From: Octopus vulgaris
Taxonomy: Eukaryota
Direction of reading: 5' to 3'
Length of the DNA stretch: 64,000 bases
Assembly: GCA_951406725.2 (NCBI GenBank)
Contig: OX597820.1
Location: forward strand, 112,592,001-112,656,000
Shown: piece by piece, positions 1 through 13,475 of the stretch
Layout of the letters: the number at the start of each line of letters is the position of its first letter
How positions within the stretch are numbered: position 1 is the first letter of the stretch
Notes under the pieces: model-generated
What the model saw: only the letters and a program-made list of their open reading frames with translations
Database searches by the model: none
Told to the model about the DNA's origin: nothing
Program-made: the position numbers and the translations under genes

Positions 1-1664
1 GTAAGTTGTGTCCTTAAGTAAGATAATCATTCAGACACTGAGTGCTGGTACAGTCTTCTCTCTCTCCCTCCAGCTGTAACATCCTGGATGCTTGACTGGA
101 TCAGAAGGTGAAAGGGCAGAGAAGATGCCTGTGTTTGCTCATCCTCACATAGGCACTTAAAGCAACTAGTGAATACTAAGTGAAAGTAGCAGTATCCACT
201 ATACGTGTTTTTGCATCATACTCAGTATTTGGAAATATTATCAAGTGAAAGTAAATGGAAAAATATTTTTTGTTAAATAAGCATCTTCTAATAAAGCAAA
301 AGGAATTCAATTTCTTTTTGTTTACTCTACCTGGTAGGGGGACGAAAAAAAATTCTTTAATTTGCAAAATAGAAATTTTCTTCTATTTGTGAATTAATAA
401 CATGGCTTCAAGAAATGGCTACGAAAATAATAAGGAAAATTAACACATTCTTACAGACAGCAAACAGAGGGAAAAAAAAAAGAAAAAATTTCAATTTCTC
501 AGCAGAATACACATATTTTACAAGAAAATTAATAGTTTTCATAATTTTTATACAGAAAGTAGCAACATTATATTGAATAATTTAAACATGACTAATGATA
601 AGAACAACATACACACATTTCCTCCTACCATTCTGGGGGAAAAAAAAATGAGTGAAAATTTTATTTGTGTGATAAAAGACAATCGTAGGTGTTTGTTTTT
701 GACTAACTCTGCTCCAATAGAGAGACTTGAGGATGTATGACTTGCTGAATGAAGAAAAGGTTTAGAATCAACATTAATTTATTGATAGCTTCGAGTTCAC
801 ATCTGAGTACATTCCCACGGTAGATGCAAACAATAATTCCTTCACTAAAGTGGTTGATCTTTATTGCTGGATATTTCTAGTTCCTCTGCTCCTTAACATG
901 TGATGAGTCACCACTGGCTTAAGCAAGTTCCTCTATTGCATTACCACATCCACCAGCCACCATGTTGCAGCCCATGGTTTCAATGTCACCTGGTCAGGGA
1001 ATATTTTATTGAGTCTTGACTCCTCTAGATTCACTATATTTTGCTCAAAACCTCAAGATAAATATGACTCTTAACCATGCACAGCACCCTATTGTGTGAG
1101 GAGGCTAGGAGCATATCCATTATATCACCTCTGATTCTCAGAGTTTAGAGTAGATCTGATACACAACTGCCATTGTCAATTGCTTTTTATAATTGACTCG
1201 TGAAATTTATGTCTCTCTCTCACAAACACACACACACACACACACACTGCATACTCCTGCTAGTTCTTGTCACTCTTGACTCCTGAAGTCAAAATAGGAA
1301 TGGCTCAAACTAGCATTTTATTGTGTGTAGAGTGCAAACACTGAAGGTTGATATTGTCACTTCCTGCATTTTATGACTACATACTTTTAGGATCTGTAGC
1401 ATATTTTTTTAGATCCATTTTTGATTTTAACCTCATTGTTAGTTTTGAGTACTATGCACACAGTTCTGTTGGCTTTGCCTCAGCTGAAGGAGGTGATATT
1501 ATTCTGCACATTGGCTAGAGCCACTTGTAATTGCTCATTCATGGGCATGGGAAAGGCCCTGTGGCTTTTGAAATTCAGGAATTTGTTATTTTTCTGTCCT
1601 ACTGTTCAATAAGGAATTGAGACAAGGATGCACTCTCCTTTGTCACATATCTCTGCCAGGTACA

Positions 1665-1755
1665 CCTTTTCTTCATTATAATGAAGAAAAGGAGTCCAGG
1701 CAACTTGCCCAGAATGATAGATAATTATCTATCATTTTGGGCAGGTTGCCTGGAC
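1665..1755. repeat. Two back-to-back palindromes (28 bp perfect; 62 bp with two G-T pairs)
   Basis: CCTTTTCTTCATTA|TAATGAAGAAAAGG (1665-1692), followed by GTCCAGGCAACTTGCCCAGAATGATAGATAA|TTATCTATCATTTTGGGCAGGTTGCCTGGAC (1694-1755). Confidence 0.9.
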
Positions 1756-2751
1756 CAATACAACTTTCTCTTTCCATCTGTTCTTGTCTTCCATGATATT
1801 TTTGAGATAGAAACTATTATTGATATTATTAGACAAGATACTCTGTCTAATACTATATTCCTTTGCCTTCACCTTTTTGATATAAATCTACCAAAGACCA
1901 CTGCTAGTTCTATGATATAAACTTCCTGTTTTAAAGTGATCTTAAATTAGAAATTTCATAATGATGATCATTTCCCAAGATTCTTTATTACTGTCAAATT
2001 TAATTGGCGTAATTCAGCAAAAATATTGTAACAAAAGGGTTTAAAGATTTCATAGAATCTTTCATATAAAACACACAAACTAAAGGATGATAGAGCTGTT
2101 TTTAAAAATGAGTGCGGCAAATAGAAACTTTAGATCTACTACATTTAACAAACCATTACTGCCCTGCAAGTAATGGGGAGATGGGAAAACAAGGACCTAC
2201 CTCATTTAACATGTGAAATCTGAATCGTAAACATTCAAATATGTTGAATGCAGACAGAAGCTTCCTAACATCATCAGGGTGGAAGCAACAGATTTCATTG
2301 TCAGGTAAGAGAAGACACTGAAAGGAGGAAGGGGCATGGAAGATGTAAATTATCCTGACCCTGGCAGCAGGTGATACTAGGGGAGATTAAGGGGGTGGTT
2401 GTGAATGAAAAAACATGATGATGACATGATTATGATGATGGTAGTGGTGGTGGTGCCGGTGATAAGGAAGATTAAAAAGACTACAATGTTGATCTCAGCA
2501 CACCACCCATAGTCTAACATATGTTATTCGAGTTTTGATCAGCTGAGATAAGCTTTATTTTGTTAAGGAGTCTTGTTTATCTAGACATCACTAAGATTAT
2601 GTCTTGTTTTTGTTAATGACATATGCGTATATGGGGTTAGTGGTGGCATGTGGTGATTTTTAGTGGTGATGCAAGCTTATAACAGTGGAATGATGTGATT
2701 GTGACTGTGTGTGGCTGTATTCATAGTATGAGGTGGTAGTGAAGCTGATGC

Positions 2752-2935
2752 AGTTTAGCCCCAGGTCAGCCCTCATTAATTACATCCATGATCAAAAGGA
2801 TTCCAAACATGACCTTATATTTTTTTTCTATTTAGGCATAATGAATTTATGGCTACATTACACGTGTCCTTCCTTTTTTTAAGATAGTAAGAAAAGATTC
2901 GGTTGCTATTTTTAGCAAAATGAAAGACCGTATAG
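2752..2935. repeat. Old dispersed repeat family, unclassified
   Basis: GTTTAGCCCCAGGTCAG...ATGATCAAAAG...TTGCTATTT.TAGC recurs in reverse orientation at ~11630-11825 and ~59095-59195, and in the same orientation at ~38190-38385. Confidence 0.55.
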
Positions 2936-3121
2936 AATGGGTATGGGCCACCTGGTTTTGAGGAGTAGGTTGCATGGGGCATAGCTCATGATCCGAGAAA
3001 AATTCAAGATAATTTTTCAATAGGCATGCCATTCTGAGATTCTCAATGGGTTGCAGTTTTGCCTGTGGCTGATGTTGAGGCTATTCTGGTACTTGTTTTG
3101 CATATATATATAAATAAAATA

Positions 3122-3368
3122 AATGCACCTTTTTAAAGACTAGCCAGGCTCATGGGCCCAGTTTCTCGTTTTCAATGGCGTATGTGTTCCCCAGCTGGAT
3201 GGGACCCCAGTCCATTGCAGCGTTACTCATTTTTTCCAGCTGAGTGGACTGGAGCAAAGTGAAATGAAGTGCTTTGCTCAAGAACAAAACACGTCACCCG
3301 GTCCAGGAATCGAAACCACAGTCTTACGATCATGATGCTGACAGCCTAATCACTAAGCCACGTGCCTC

Positions 3369-3369
<1 letters not shown>
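3122..3369 (-). mobile_element. tRNA-headed SINE, group D
   Basis: The minus strand has an A box (TGGCTTAGTGATT) and B box (GGTTTCGATTCC), then a TTCTTGAGCAAAGCACTT core-like block. Decayed relatives at ~4160-4350, ~42210-42445 and ~52855-52960. Confidence 0.75.
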
Positions 3370-3431
<62 letters not shown>

Positions 3432-3433
<2 letters not shown>

Positions 3434-3810
3434 GCATAGCTGTGAGCTAAGAAGCTTGCTTCCTAACTACATTTCTGGGTTCAGTCCCATTGTGCAGAAC
3501 TTTGGACAAGTATCTTCTACTATAGCTTTAGACCAACCGAAACCTTGTGAGTGGATTTGGTAGATGGAAAGAAGCCTTTTGTGTGTGTGTGTGTGTGTAT
3601 CTCTGTTCATCCCATCCACCACTTGACAACTGGTGCTGGTATGTTTATATCCTTGTAACTTAGTGGTTCAGCAAAATGGACTGTTAGAATAAGCACCAGG
3701 CTTAACAAAAGGTGAATGCTGGAGTTGATTCATTCAACTAAATATTCTTCAAGGGGCTGCCCCAGCATGGCCATGGCCTTATGACTGAAAAAGGATAAAA
3801 AACAAAAGGG
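3432..3810 (+). mobile_element. SINE group A, older copy with type-1 tail
   Basis: Diverged match to 16871-17274: head, internal (TG)n, then CCAGCATGGCC...ATGACTGAAA tail. Confidence 0.8.
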
Positions 3811-3881
3811 AGTGATTGTGATGGTGGTGTACAGACCTAAAATGGTAAGCAGTGCTGACAAATGGGTGATGGTATGGGATA

Positions 3882-4116
3882 GCAGTGAGCTGGCAGAAAC
3901 GTTAGCATGCCGGGCAAAATGCTTTGTGGTATTTTGTCTGCCGCTATGTTCTGAGTTCAAATTCCACCGAGGTCGACTTTGCCTTTCATCCTTTCGGGTT
4001 TGATTAAATAAGTACCAGTTACACACTGGGGTCGATATAATCGACCTAATCCGTTTGTCTGTCCTTGTTTGTCCTCTCTGTGTTTAGCCTCTTGTGGGTA
4101 GTAAAGAAATAGGTAT
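3882..4116 (+). mobile_element. tRNA-headed SINE, group B
   Basis: GAGCTGGCAGAAACGTTAGC A-box region, GAGTTCAAATTCC B box and GCCTTTCATCCTTTCGGG body; near-identical inverted copy at 36380-36615. Confidence 0.85.
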
Positions 4117-4994
4117 GGGATAGTGTAAGATAGTGGTTATAATCCAATATGTATGCTGCAGTTTGGGTGTTGTACTCATGAACATGAGATTTTGGTTTTG
4201 ATCCCCAGACTAGCTATGTGTTGTGTTCTTGAGCAAAATACTCGACTGCTAAACATTGTCAGTCTACTTATCTGTGAATGGGTACCCTTGTGATGGACTA
4301 ATGTACAAAGGAGTGATGGTCACTCAAGAAAATCACCCAAATGGAGTTCTCAGGGGTCAGGTTTTGTATTCAGCAATTGGAAGGATGGATAGTGCAATCC
4401 ATGCTGTGAATCCTGAGTGGTTGGCATTGGTTGTTCAACTATGTCAAAGGTCATCATTGTCATCATGGACACTGTAGAGGTGATAGTAGAAAACAATATG
4501 TACTGATATGGTGAACCAGTCTAGTGAGGTATGATTTGAGAAAGGCTGTTTCTAGCAGAATAACAAACCATGGTGGTGGTGGCGGTGGTAGCTGACACTG
4601 ACATAATTTTTTTAATCAGTGACAGATATAATATTTGTTGTCTGAGACAACATTATACCTTGTGGAGAGAAAATATATAAGTTGAAATTACTTTTTACAT
4701 CCAGTTTTCCATGCTAGCATGGGTTAGACAAGTATATATTATTGAGGCATTGTTTTAAAGTAGGATGTTCCACCTGTTACTCACCTTTACCTGTTTTTAA
4801 GTAAAGGATTTCTTATTCCACATATTTACAAATGCTCAGTGTAAATGGAGGAATTGTTGACAGAAAAATGACAACAAACTTCACTGTTTTGTAGACCAGC
4901 AATACTTCACATGAAGCATGCATGATGTAAACACACCTACCCATAAATCACACTGACACACTCAGAGCAGAAGTGTTATGACTGGTCTTTCTGG

Positions 4995-5480
4995 TGGTGT
5001 AAAGCTCTCATAGCAGTGCCATGTAAAAGTGGCCATGTGGCACCATGTAAAAGCGCCCATGTAGTGCCACCTAAATGCACCCACCACACTCTGTAAGGTG
5101 TTGGTTTTAGGAAAGGCAGCCAGCCAGAGAAACCAGGCCAAATCAGACTGGAGCCTGGTGCAGCTCCCCCAGCTTGCCAGCACTGGTCAAACTGTTCAAC
5201 CCATGCTAGCATTGGCAACAGACATTAACCCTTTCGTTACCAACCTGGCTGAAACTGGCTCTGGCTCTGATTACAAATGTCTTGTTTTCATAAGTTTTTA
5301 ATTAAAATCTTCCACGAAACCTTAGTCATAATTTATGTTCCTAACACTAGCTGAGTGATAACTAAGTTATTTTACTAAATTCTTTGTTATATTTAAAGTA
5401 AATGAAAGAAACACAGAGCATCTCAACAGAAATATAGTTATGAAAGGGTTAAATGATGGTGATGATGATGATGATGATGG
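4995..5480 (+). mobile_element. RTE LINE 3' tail interrupted by a MITE
   Basis: Matches the 3' UTR of the RTE at 30082-31360 and ends in (GAT)n; split at the TTAA of GACATTAA. Confidence 0.8.
5229..5448. mobile_element. piggyBac-type MITE (220 bp) with TTAA target-site duplication
   Basis: TTAA-CCCTTTCGTTACC...GTTATGAAAGGG-TTAA; removing it restores the RTE tail GACATTAAATGATG. Second copy at 60658-60877. Confidence 0.85.
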
Positions 5481-6459
5481 AATCTTTCAATTTTCATTTG
5501 CAAGCTCCACAGATCCACTCACCTGGCTTTGGTCAGTCTGAGGCTAGAGGTAAAAGGCAGTTGCCCAAGGTGCTGTGCAATGAGACTGAGCCTGAAACCA
5601 CGTGGTTGGCAAACGAACTTAACTACACAGCCATGCATACACATACATGCACTCACACACACACACACGCACACATATATACACACACACACGTGCATAC
5701 ACATATTGTATTACAGTACTGTTAACTTTGACAGTGGCGACAGCAGGAAATGTGTACCCAGTGACCTCTCTAACCAGTTAAGTTAGACTAACTTAACTAA
5801 CAAATATTGCTTGGCTAAGTAGACCTCTGAAATATCAATTAAACTTTCTTTGTTTTCCTAAATTAATTACAATATACTGTCACAGCTTTATTAATTAGAC
5901 TTCTCTCTTTCAATTTCTATAGTTTTATGCACGATACATTATTTATTTCTTTGTTGGGAAAATACTGAAGACAGTGATGGATTGTTTAAAGAAAACTTAA
6001 ACCACTATGCTAGTGAGTCATGTGACTCGTATACATGTCCCTTATTGGCTCATGTTATCCTATAGATTACAACTTAAGGGACAACTTAAAATCTGTTAGC
6101 ATTCAGCTTACTCTATCAAATGTAATGGCTATTTACACATATTGTTTTAAATTAATCATACATTATCTGTAGATTCAAGATTTCAATGATGTGATTGTTT
6201 ATATTTAAAACTAGTCAAGCATATTTGGTCTTTCAGGAAAATCCCTCTCTCTTGTCATTCACTTAGTCTAACTTGTTAATTATTCCCTGCATTTCTCAAA
6301 TCAAAAAAGCTTGCACATTTGGTGTGATACATAACAAAGGGAGGGAAACGCAGAGTTTTAAATAGTTATTTCCCTTGCTATGGTTTAATATCTTTAGATT
6401 AAACTGCTGGAGTGAGTTAAATCCCTTGTGTTAAAGACTTTTGTTACCTGAAACATAAG

Positions 6460-6644
6460 GGGTCGATTTATCGATTTTTTTTAATGGCTTTGCGGGGTGA
6501 CTGGGGAAATGTAAAGATGTGTACGACCATCCTTGGATGGTTTTGAATGACCATAGAAAGTGCGAGCCCTCTACCTGAAAAATTGTGGATTTGTATAAAG
6601 GATACACACACACACAGACATTTTGCTGTTTATATATAGAGAGA
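6460..6644 (-). mobile_element. Non-autonomous Helitron, 5' part
   Basis: Highly similar to ~39945-40110; the minus-strand 5' end is TCTCTCTATATATAAACAGC. Confidence 0.6.
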
Positions 6645-7109
6645 TGACATTGTAAGGTAGGTGTAAGAAGCCAGATCTTGCTGGTTTGAACATAAATTAG
6701 ACAATATATTTGGAATGGATATGGCTGGTTTAAATGGAAAAGACTTAAGTCAGCAGAGATTTGATGACTTGAGGGGATAGTTTTAATTGACCAGAGCCTA
6801 TGACCTACCAATTAGCTAAATACTAGCTAATTGAAGTCTGCCCCAAATTTAACCATTCTACTACCATATTTCTTTTGTAATATATTTTCTGTGTTTCAAT
6901 TAATTATGATAATAATGAAAAATTGATAAAATAACTTTGTGGATTTGTATAAAGTTAAGCTAGTATTTGGTATATAAATCAACATGAAATTTTATTTCAT
7001 GGTTTTTCATGTACATCACTTTGAAACAGGAAGTTTGTAACAGAGAACCAGGGGTGATCTTGGGTGGCTTGGTAACAACAGGGTTGATGATGTGAACATA
7101 AACTAATAG

Positions 7110-7474
7110 CTTTCAGGTTGAGACCTTAGACATGTGTTGAAAGGCACCTTGGGCAAGTGTCTTCTACTATGGCCTCGGGCCGACCAAAGCCTTGTGAGTG
7201 TATTTGGTAGACGGAAACTGAAATAAGCCCGTTGTATATATGTATATATATATATATGCATGTGTGTGTGTGTGTATATGTTTGTGTTTGTCCCCCCAAC
7301 AATTCTTGACAACCGATGCTGGTGTGTTTACATCCCTGTAACTTAGTGGTTCGGCAAAAGAGACCGATAGAATAAGTAATAGGCTTACAAAGAATAAGTC
7401 CTGGGGTCGATTTGCTCGACTAAAGGTGGTGCTCCAGCATGGCCACAGTCAAATGACAGAAACAAGTAAAAGAG
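7110..7474 (+). mobile_element. SINE group A, 5'-truncated, type-1 tail
   Basis: Close match to 16945-17265. Confidence 0.85.
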
Positions 7475-8189
7475 GGTATGTATTGAACAACAACACTACA
7501 AAATGTATGAAGTTGAACCTGTCCCCTATTTTACTATATTAAAATATAAAACTTTATCATTCCATCTATTTATTTCCGAGATTCTAATATTGAGCAATAT
7601 GCTCAATATTAACCCCTGAGGGTCTATGTGGCTATCCAAGGGTCAATAAACATTAGACATGATTTTGAGCATTGAGGGATGAATTATTAGTAGAAGAGTA
7701 CAGAAATTTAAGACTAAAACTCATTAATTTCGAGTCAAATATCAATGCAATGACTTGTATTCAACAAACACACATTTCACATTAAATATTCCCACTAAAC
7801 CAATATAATGACTGAATTTTTATTGTTATTTATCAATTTTATCAAGTATTTTCATTAAATTTCTTTAGATATATTTATTGAGAATTAGCAATGACACAAA
7901 AGATCAAAGGAATTATAGTTTTAAATTAAGAGATTTTTCATTAATAATACTTTTTAATTGTATTTTAGAAATTTACATGATGGGGTCAATAAGTTATCAA
8001 CAATTCCATGAAAGGGGTCAGTGATATAAGAAGTTTGCTGACCCCTTATTTAGGCAAAATCATTTCTCAGTTTATAAGATTATTTAGTAATTAAGTGTAA
8101 GATAAATGGTCCAAAACTTGTTTTGCAGGTTTTAATGAATTTCTTTTGTGAGTTTATTTTGCTGTTTTTATAGGAAATCAATTGTTTCA

Positions 8190-8421
8190 TTATTATCATT
8201 TTCCCTTTTTCACACTTGTAAGGGTCAGACAAAATTTGTTAAGGCAGATGTTCTATGAACGAATGCTTTTCCTGTCACCCACGTTCACCTGTTTCCAAGC
8301 AAGGCAAAATTTTCCCATGCAAGACTGAATACAAACAGTGTTCTATTATAATAAAGATATCTTGTGGTGAAAGTGCAGATAATTTTTGACTTCACTCATA
8401 TATATATATATATGTGTATGT

Positions 8422-8467
<46 letters not shown>

Positions 8468-8600
8468 CTATATGACAGGTTTCTTTCAGTTTCTGTCCAC
8501 TAAGTTCATTCACAAGGCTTTGGTCAGTCTGAGATTATAGTAGAGGACAATTGTCCAAGGTTCCACGCAGTGGGATTGATCCTGAGACCACATGGAAGCA
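8190..8600 (-). mobile_element. SINE group A head with RTE-like tail (old)
   Basis: Reverse-orientation equivalent of 10982-11406. Confidence 0.6.
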
Positions 8601-8633
8601 AGAGTCTTAAAGATGCCTAGTGACTAGAAATAT

Positions 8634-8814
8634 TCCTTTCAACTATAAGTACAAGGCCTGAAGTTTTGGGGGAGTGCATTGACCACAGTGTTTCAACGGC
8701 ACTTAATTTATCGACCCCGAAAGGATGAAAAGCAAAGTCGACCCCAGCAGCATTTGAACTCAAAACGGGAAGACAGACGAAATATGTGCTAATGATTCTG
8801 CTAGCTCACTGCCT
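8634..8814 (-). mobile_element. SINE group B
   Basis: CGACCCCGAAAGGATGAAAAGCAAAGTCGACC...TTTGAACTC is the reverse complement of the group B body and B box. Confidence 0.75.
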
Positions 8815-9344
8815 CAGTGACTAGGAATATTGGAGTGTGAAATAATCTCAATGATTAATAAACCTTAAAAAAAGAACAGTCGCTTTCCTTTTCAAAGATC
8901 GCTGGTTTATAATGGTATTTTAAAGATGGCTGGTGTATGATGCTCCAAAATTATAATTGGGTGTTTTAGAATTGGCTGCCATTCCTGACAACAAGCACTT
9001 AACCAAAGGATGGGAATGGTATCTATTTTGCAGTTCCATTAACACATGTAGAGAATCAGTTATCTGACTTAAAGGCATGTGTAGAATTCAGTTACTCTTT
9101 ACGTTAATGAGATAATTATCAAAAAAACCAAATGATCAAATGCAATTCTATGGCAAGTGTTACACTCCTTTCAAAGACAGTCCCTTGTATGGATTTGATG
9201 CTTTAATGTTTGAAGGGAACTGAAGAGGAGGAAATGGTAAAGTTTACAGGTTTTTTTCAAGAATATTTCTGAAAAAGAGTTTGTTCCAAAAGTGAATGAA
9301 AATATGGCCTTGATAAGAACAACACTTATAGTTTAATGGCAAAG

Positions 9345-9770
9345 GTCAAGTGGTTAAGATGTTTGTTCCCTGACAACATAGTTTGGAGTTCAGCTCTACT
9401 GCATGGTACCTTGGGCAAGTGATTTCTACTCTAGCCCAAGGCTGACCAAAGCCTTTGAGGGGATTTGTTAGAAGGAAATTGGGAGAAGCTTGTCATATAC
9501 GTGTGTGTGTGTGTGTGTGCGTACATTTATGTTACCTGTTTTGAAATTATGTGATAGTTGTAACTGAGTGTCATTGTCATACAAGCAGACAAGATTCATT
9601 TCCTATTTTTCATGAAAAACACATGTGATCCTGGGCGTATATTACCTTGCTTTGATACAAGCGAGGAAGAGCATCAAGCCATAGAAAATCTATCTCTATA
9701 AATTCCATTCAACACATAGAAGCATGGGAAAGTAGACACTAAATGGATAATGATGCTGATGATGATGATG
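9345..9770 (+). mobile_element. SINE group A head with RTE-like tail (old)
   Basis: Group A head and (TG)n, then a tail ending AGCATGGGAAAGTAGACACTAAATG..(GAT)n. Confidence 0.6.
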
Positions 9771-10090
9771 TTCATATAATTGTGTGTGGTTTGTTGTGAG
9801 AGATTTTTCACTGTTGTTATTTTGGTCAGTTGGCCTTCAAAATTCCTAAAGGCCAAACCAGATTTTCTCTAGGTAAAAGTTGGTATTTTTCTAGCAACAA
9901 CAACAACAACAACAACTCTGAACTGTTGATGTATTCCAAAAGCCAAACCTGAATTTTATTTCTAACAATAGAATACTTAAGTCGTCAAGTCTCTATTGAA
10001 TAAACAAGCTTTCTAACTTTCTCTCACACCATTTTTGCCTCTTGAGATATAAAAGCACTATTTTTATTCTAATTTTACACACACTCACTT

Positions 10091-10157
<67 letters not shown>

Positions 10158-10714
10158 ACACAATATTTAAATGTATTTTTACATGAGTCACAAAAAGATG
10201 ATTTAAATGAAGAATAAACTATTAAATTATTTCTAAGCCAAGGTGATTCACCATAGCTATTTAGAATTAACTAATTGAAAAGTATGTAAGACTCCCTGCA
10301 ATATTTGTATTTAGTATGTCGAATGTTTCCCTGAGGTATATACTCATATTTGATACACACACACAATGTTTCTATTTATTAGAGCGGTGACTGTGTGTCA
10401 CTTTGAAAACTATGTTTTCAAATGGGAATTCAACAACTCCACCTAGCCAAGCAGTTTCTCTGTGTTGATAAAGGGCAATAACCCAGAAACAAGTCCACAG
10501 ATGTTGCTTTGTGCTGGATGGGAATGGTGGACTCCCTGTTCAAAAATATAAGGACACAGATATTGTGTCATGTAGTCAGCTGGAAACAAGGTTTCCTGGG
10601 GCTAATCATTAACAATCATCCCTTCCAGGACAGCCATATTATATTGGCAATTCACTTTTACTTTAAAAAACTGTTACTGGAATATATCTCTTTGAAAGAT
10701 TTAGAAGTAATAAT

Positions 10715-10981
<267 letters not shown>

Positions 10982-11406
10982 GGTGCAGATATGGCTGTGT
11001 GTTAAGAAGTTTGCTTCCCAACTACATGGTTCTGGATTCAGTCCCACTGTGTGGTGTCTTGGGCAATCTACTATAGCATTGGACTGCCCAAAGCCTTATG
11101 AGTGGATTTGGTAGACGGAAACTGAAAGAAGCCCATCATATGTGTGTGTGTGTGTGTGTGTGTGCGCGCGCTACTGTCTCCTTGCCATAACTCCATGTGC
11201 TAGTTGTAAATGAATGTCACCATAATGCAAGTGGTTTCCTTCATCTGTAATCTTCTGTGCAAACAATGTTTGACCAAGAGGATAACCTTATTTAGCAACA
11301 GGTGTGGGTTGGTGACAGGAAGGGCATCTGGCTGTAAGAAATTTGCCTCAACAAATTCCATCTGACCCATGCAGGCACGGAAAAGTAGACATGAAACGAT
11401 GATGAT
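10982..11406 (+). mobile_element. SINE group A head with RTE-like tail
   Basis: Head as at 16871. Tail GGAAGGGCATCTGGCTGTAAGAAA...ACCCATGCAGGCACGGAAAAGTAGACATGAAACGATGATGAT resembles the RTE 3' terminus. Confidence 0.75.
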
Positions 11407-12287
11407 ATCGTTATTGTATTAACATTGACTTTTCCATACTTGCGTGGGTCAGACAGAGCTTATTGAAGCAGACTGTAAATGGCTGGATGCTCTTCCTGTA
11501 GCCAACTCTTACCTGTCTCCAAGCAATATTTCCATATATACCTACATACCTGATATACGATAATACATTCAGATACAAACACAAAAATCCATCTCCCTGG
11601 TCCATCTCCCCAATTAAAAATCACTGTAAAACCCTCTACATAATCTTTTGACCTCCTAGAAGTAGCAGCTAAATATTTTCCTCAAATCACTGACAAACCT
11701 CTTAAAAACAGAAGGACACATTAAGACAATGTAGACCCTGGTATATAAAAGATGAGATGGTCATGGCTTGAATACTTTTGATCACAGATTAGTTCCATTT
11801 GAACTGACCTGGAGCTAAACAACAGCAACGATGGAAACAGCTCTACCTTGCTTAATGTATATAGAAGTTTCATGTAGATTTTTGATCTGTTGAATTGCAT
11901 TAGAAACTTCTCTTAATAAACTTAATAAACTTGCAATGAAATATATATGACGATTGTCAAAGAGATTCCATTTGGCCCTATTTTAAAGATATTTGACAGT
12001 TATATTGAACTTTATATAAATTTATAGTAACTTTATATACATTTATTGCCTGTGTGGAAGGCAACAAAGTTGACTGCCTACTCTGAGTTTCACACTTAAC
12101 TAGGCAGTTAATGACTGTCATGAACAGCCCAACTATGGATGAAACTTAGAGTAGGCTGTCAACTTTGATATAATAAATATATTTCAATCCACTCTACCCA
12201 GGATATTGAGTTTAATATCAGATAATGATTGCTCGATGTAAAATATATCAGTGATACATACATACATACATACATACATACATACAT

Positions 12288-12326
<39 letters not shown>

Positions 12327-12584
12327 CGTACACACACACCCATACATACATACATACATACATACATACATACATACATACATACATCTTCATACAAAGA
12401 GATCTTTGACACTACTGCCATGTACTACCACCAACTGCCAGCAGCTTCAAGGATAGTATTAGTTACATGCCAGACCCTAGCACCCCTGGAAGTACTGTGG
12501 TTCACACCACCATCCTCTTTAAATCTTGGGTAAGATCTTCCTTAGTTTAATTGATGGACACTTTCACCATACCAATAGATTAAA

Positions 12585-12978
12585 CAAAATCAAAATCGAT
12601 CAACATCAATGGAAATTGTAGCTGTGATACCAGTGCCGGTGGCACATAAGAGAATCATCCGAAAGTGGCCATTGCCAGCGCTGTCCCGACATTCGATTGT
12701 GGCTGTTGCCAGCCTCACCTGGCCTCTGTGCCGGTGGCATGTAAAAGGCACCATCCGATTGTGGCCGTTTGCCAGCCTTGTCTGGCACCTGTGCCAGTGG
12801 CACGTAAAAAGCACCCACTACACTCATGGAGTGGTTGGTGTTAGGAAGGGCATCCAGCCGTAGAAACATTGCCAGATCAGACTGGGTCTGGTGCAGCCTT
12901 CTGGCTTACCAGACCCCAGTTGCACCGTCCAACCAATGCCAACATGGAAAGCGGACGCTAAACGACGACGATGATGAT
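12585..12978 (+). mobile_element. RTE LINE 3' UTR fragment
   Basis: Reverse complement of ~30085-30600, including the ~63-bp internal repeats and the GGACG.TAAACGA.GA.GATGATG end. Confidence 0.85.
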
Positions 12979-12979
12979 T

Positions 12980-13475
12980 CTGAAATTATCCTTTAGCTGT
13001 GTACCTAGAGTAAAAAAGATTTTAGTAGGTAGGCCCGGACCCGAGACTGAGGCAGAATGCTCATGTAGGGGTAAAGCAACTAAATGGCCAATGCAATAAA
13101 GAAACAGTTGTTTACAAGGCAGAAATAGCAGCAACAGGACCAAATGGAGAACTGAGTGTGCAGAAATATGTAGGGGCAATGGAAGGCCCCTTCAGAATCT
13201 GCTTTAATAACCACAAGTCCTCATTCAACATCCCAGAAAGACATAATGCCACAACCCTAGCCAGCAGTGTCTGGACTTTGAAAGAAAGCACCATGGAGTA
13301 TAGCATAAAGTGGAGAATTCTAGAAAGATGCAAGCCATAGCAGCAGGAAGTCCAGATTATGCCTGGCTGAGAAGAGAGCAATTTAAAAAAGTACCCAATG
13401 CCCGGATGTTTACCTGAATAGCAGGGGTGAGGTGTTTAATCCTTGTCTACAAGAAACAAAATTACATTCTATCAT
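12980..13475 (+). pseudogene. Penelope-like element GIY-YIG endonuclease remnant
   Basis: Translates across frameshifts and stops as LKLSFSCVP..ECSCR..LNGQCNKETVVYKAEI..KYVGAMEGPFRICFNNHKSSF..TTLASSVWTLKE..YSIKWRILERCKP..LCLAEK..LNSRGE, the PLE VVY/YVG endonuclease layout. Confidence 0.85.

Noticed and set aside
2254-2304. Possible 51-nt exon (cag|...CAG|gtaaga) open in two phases
   Set aside because: Good donor, but no polypyrimidine tract and no recognisable peptide; expected by chance in 64 kb.
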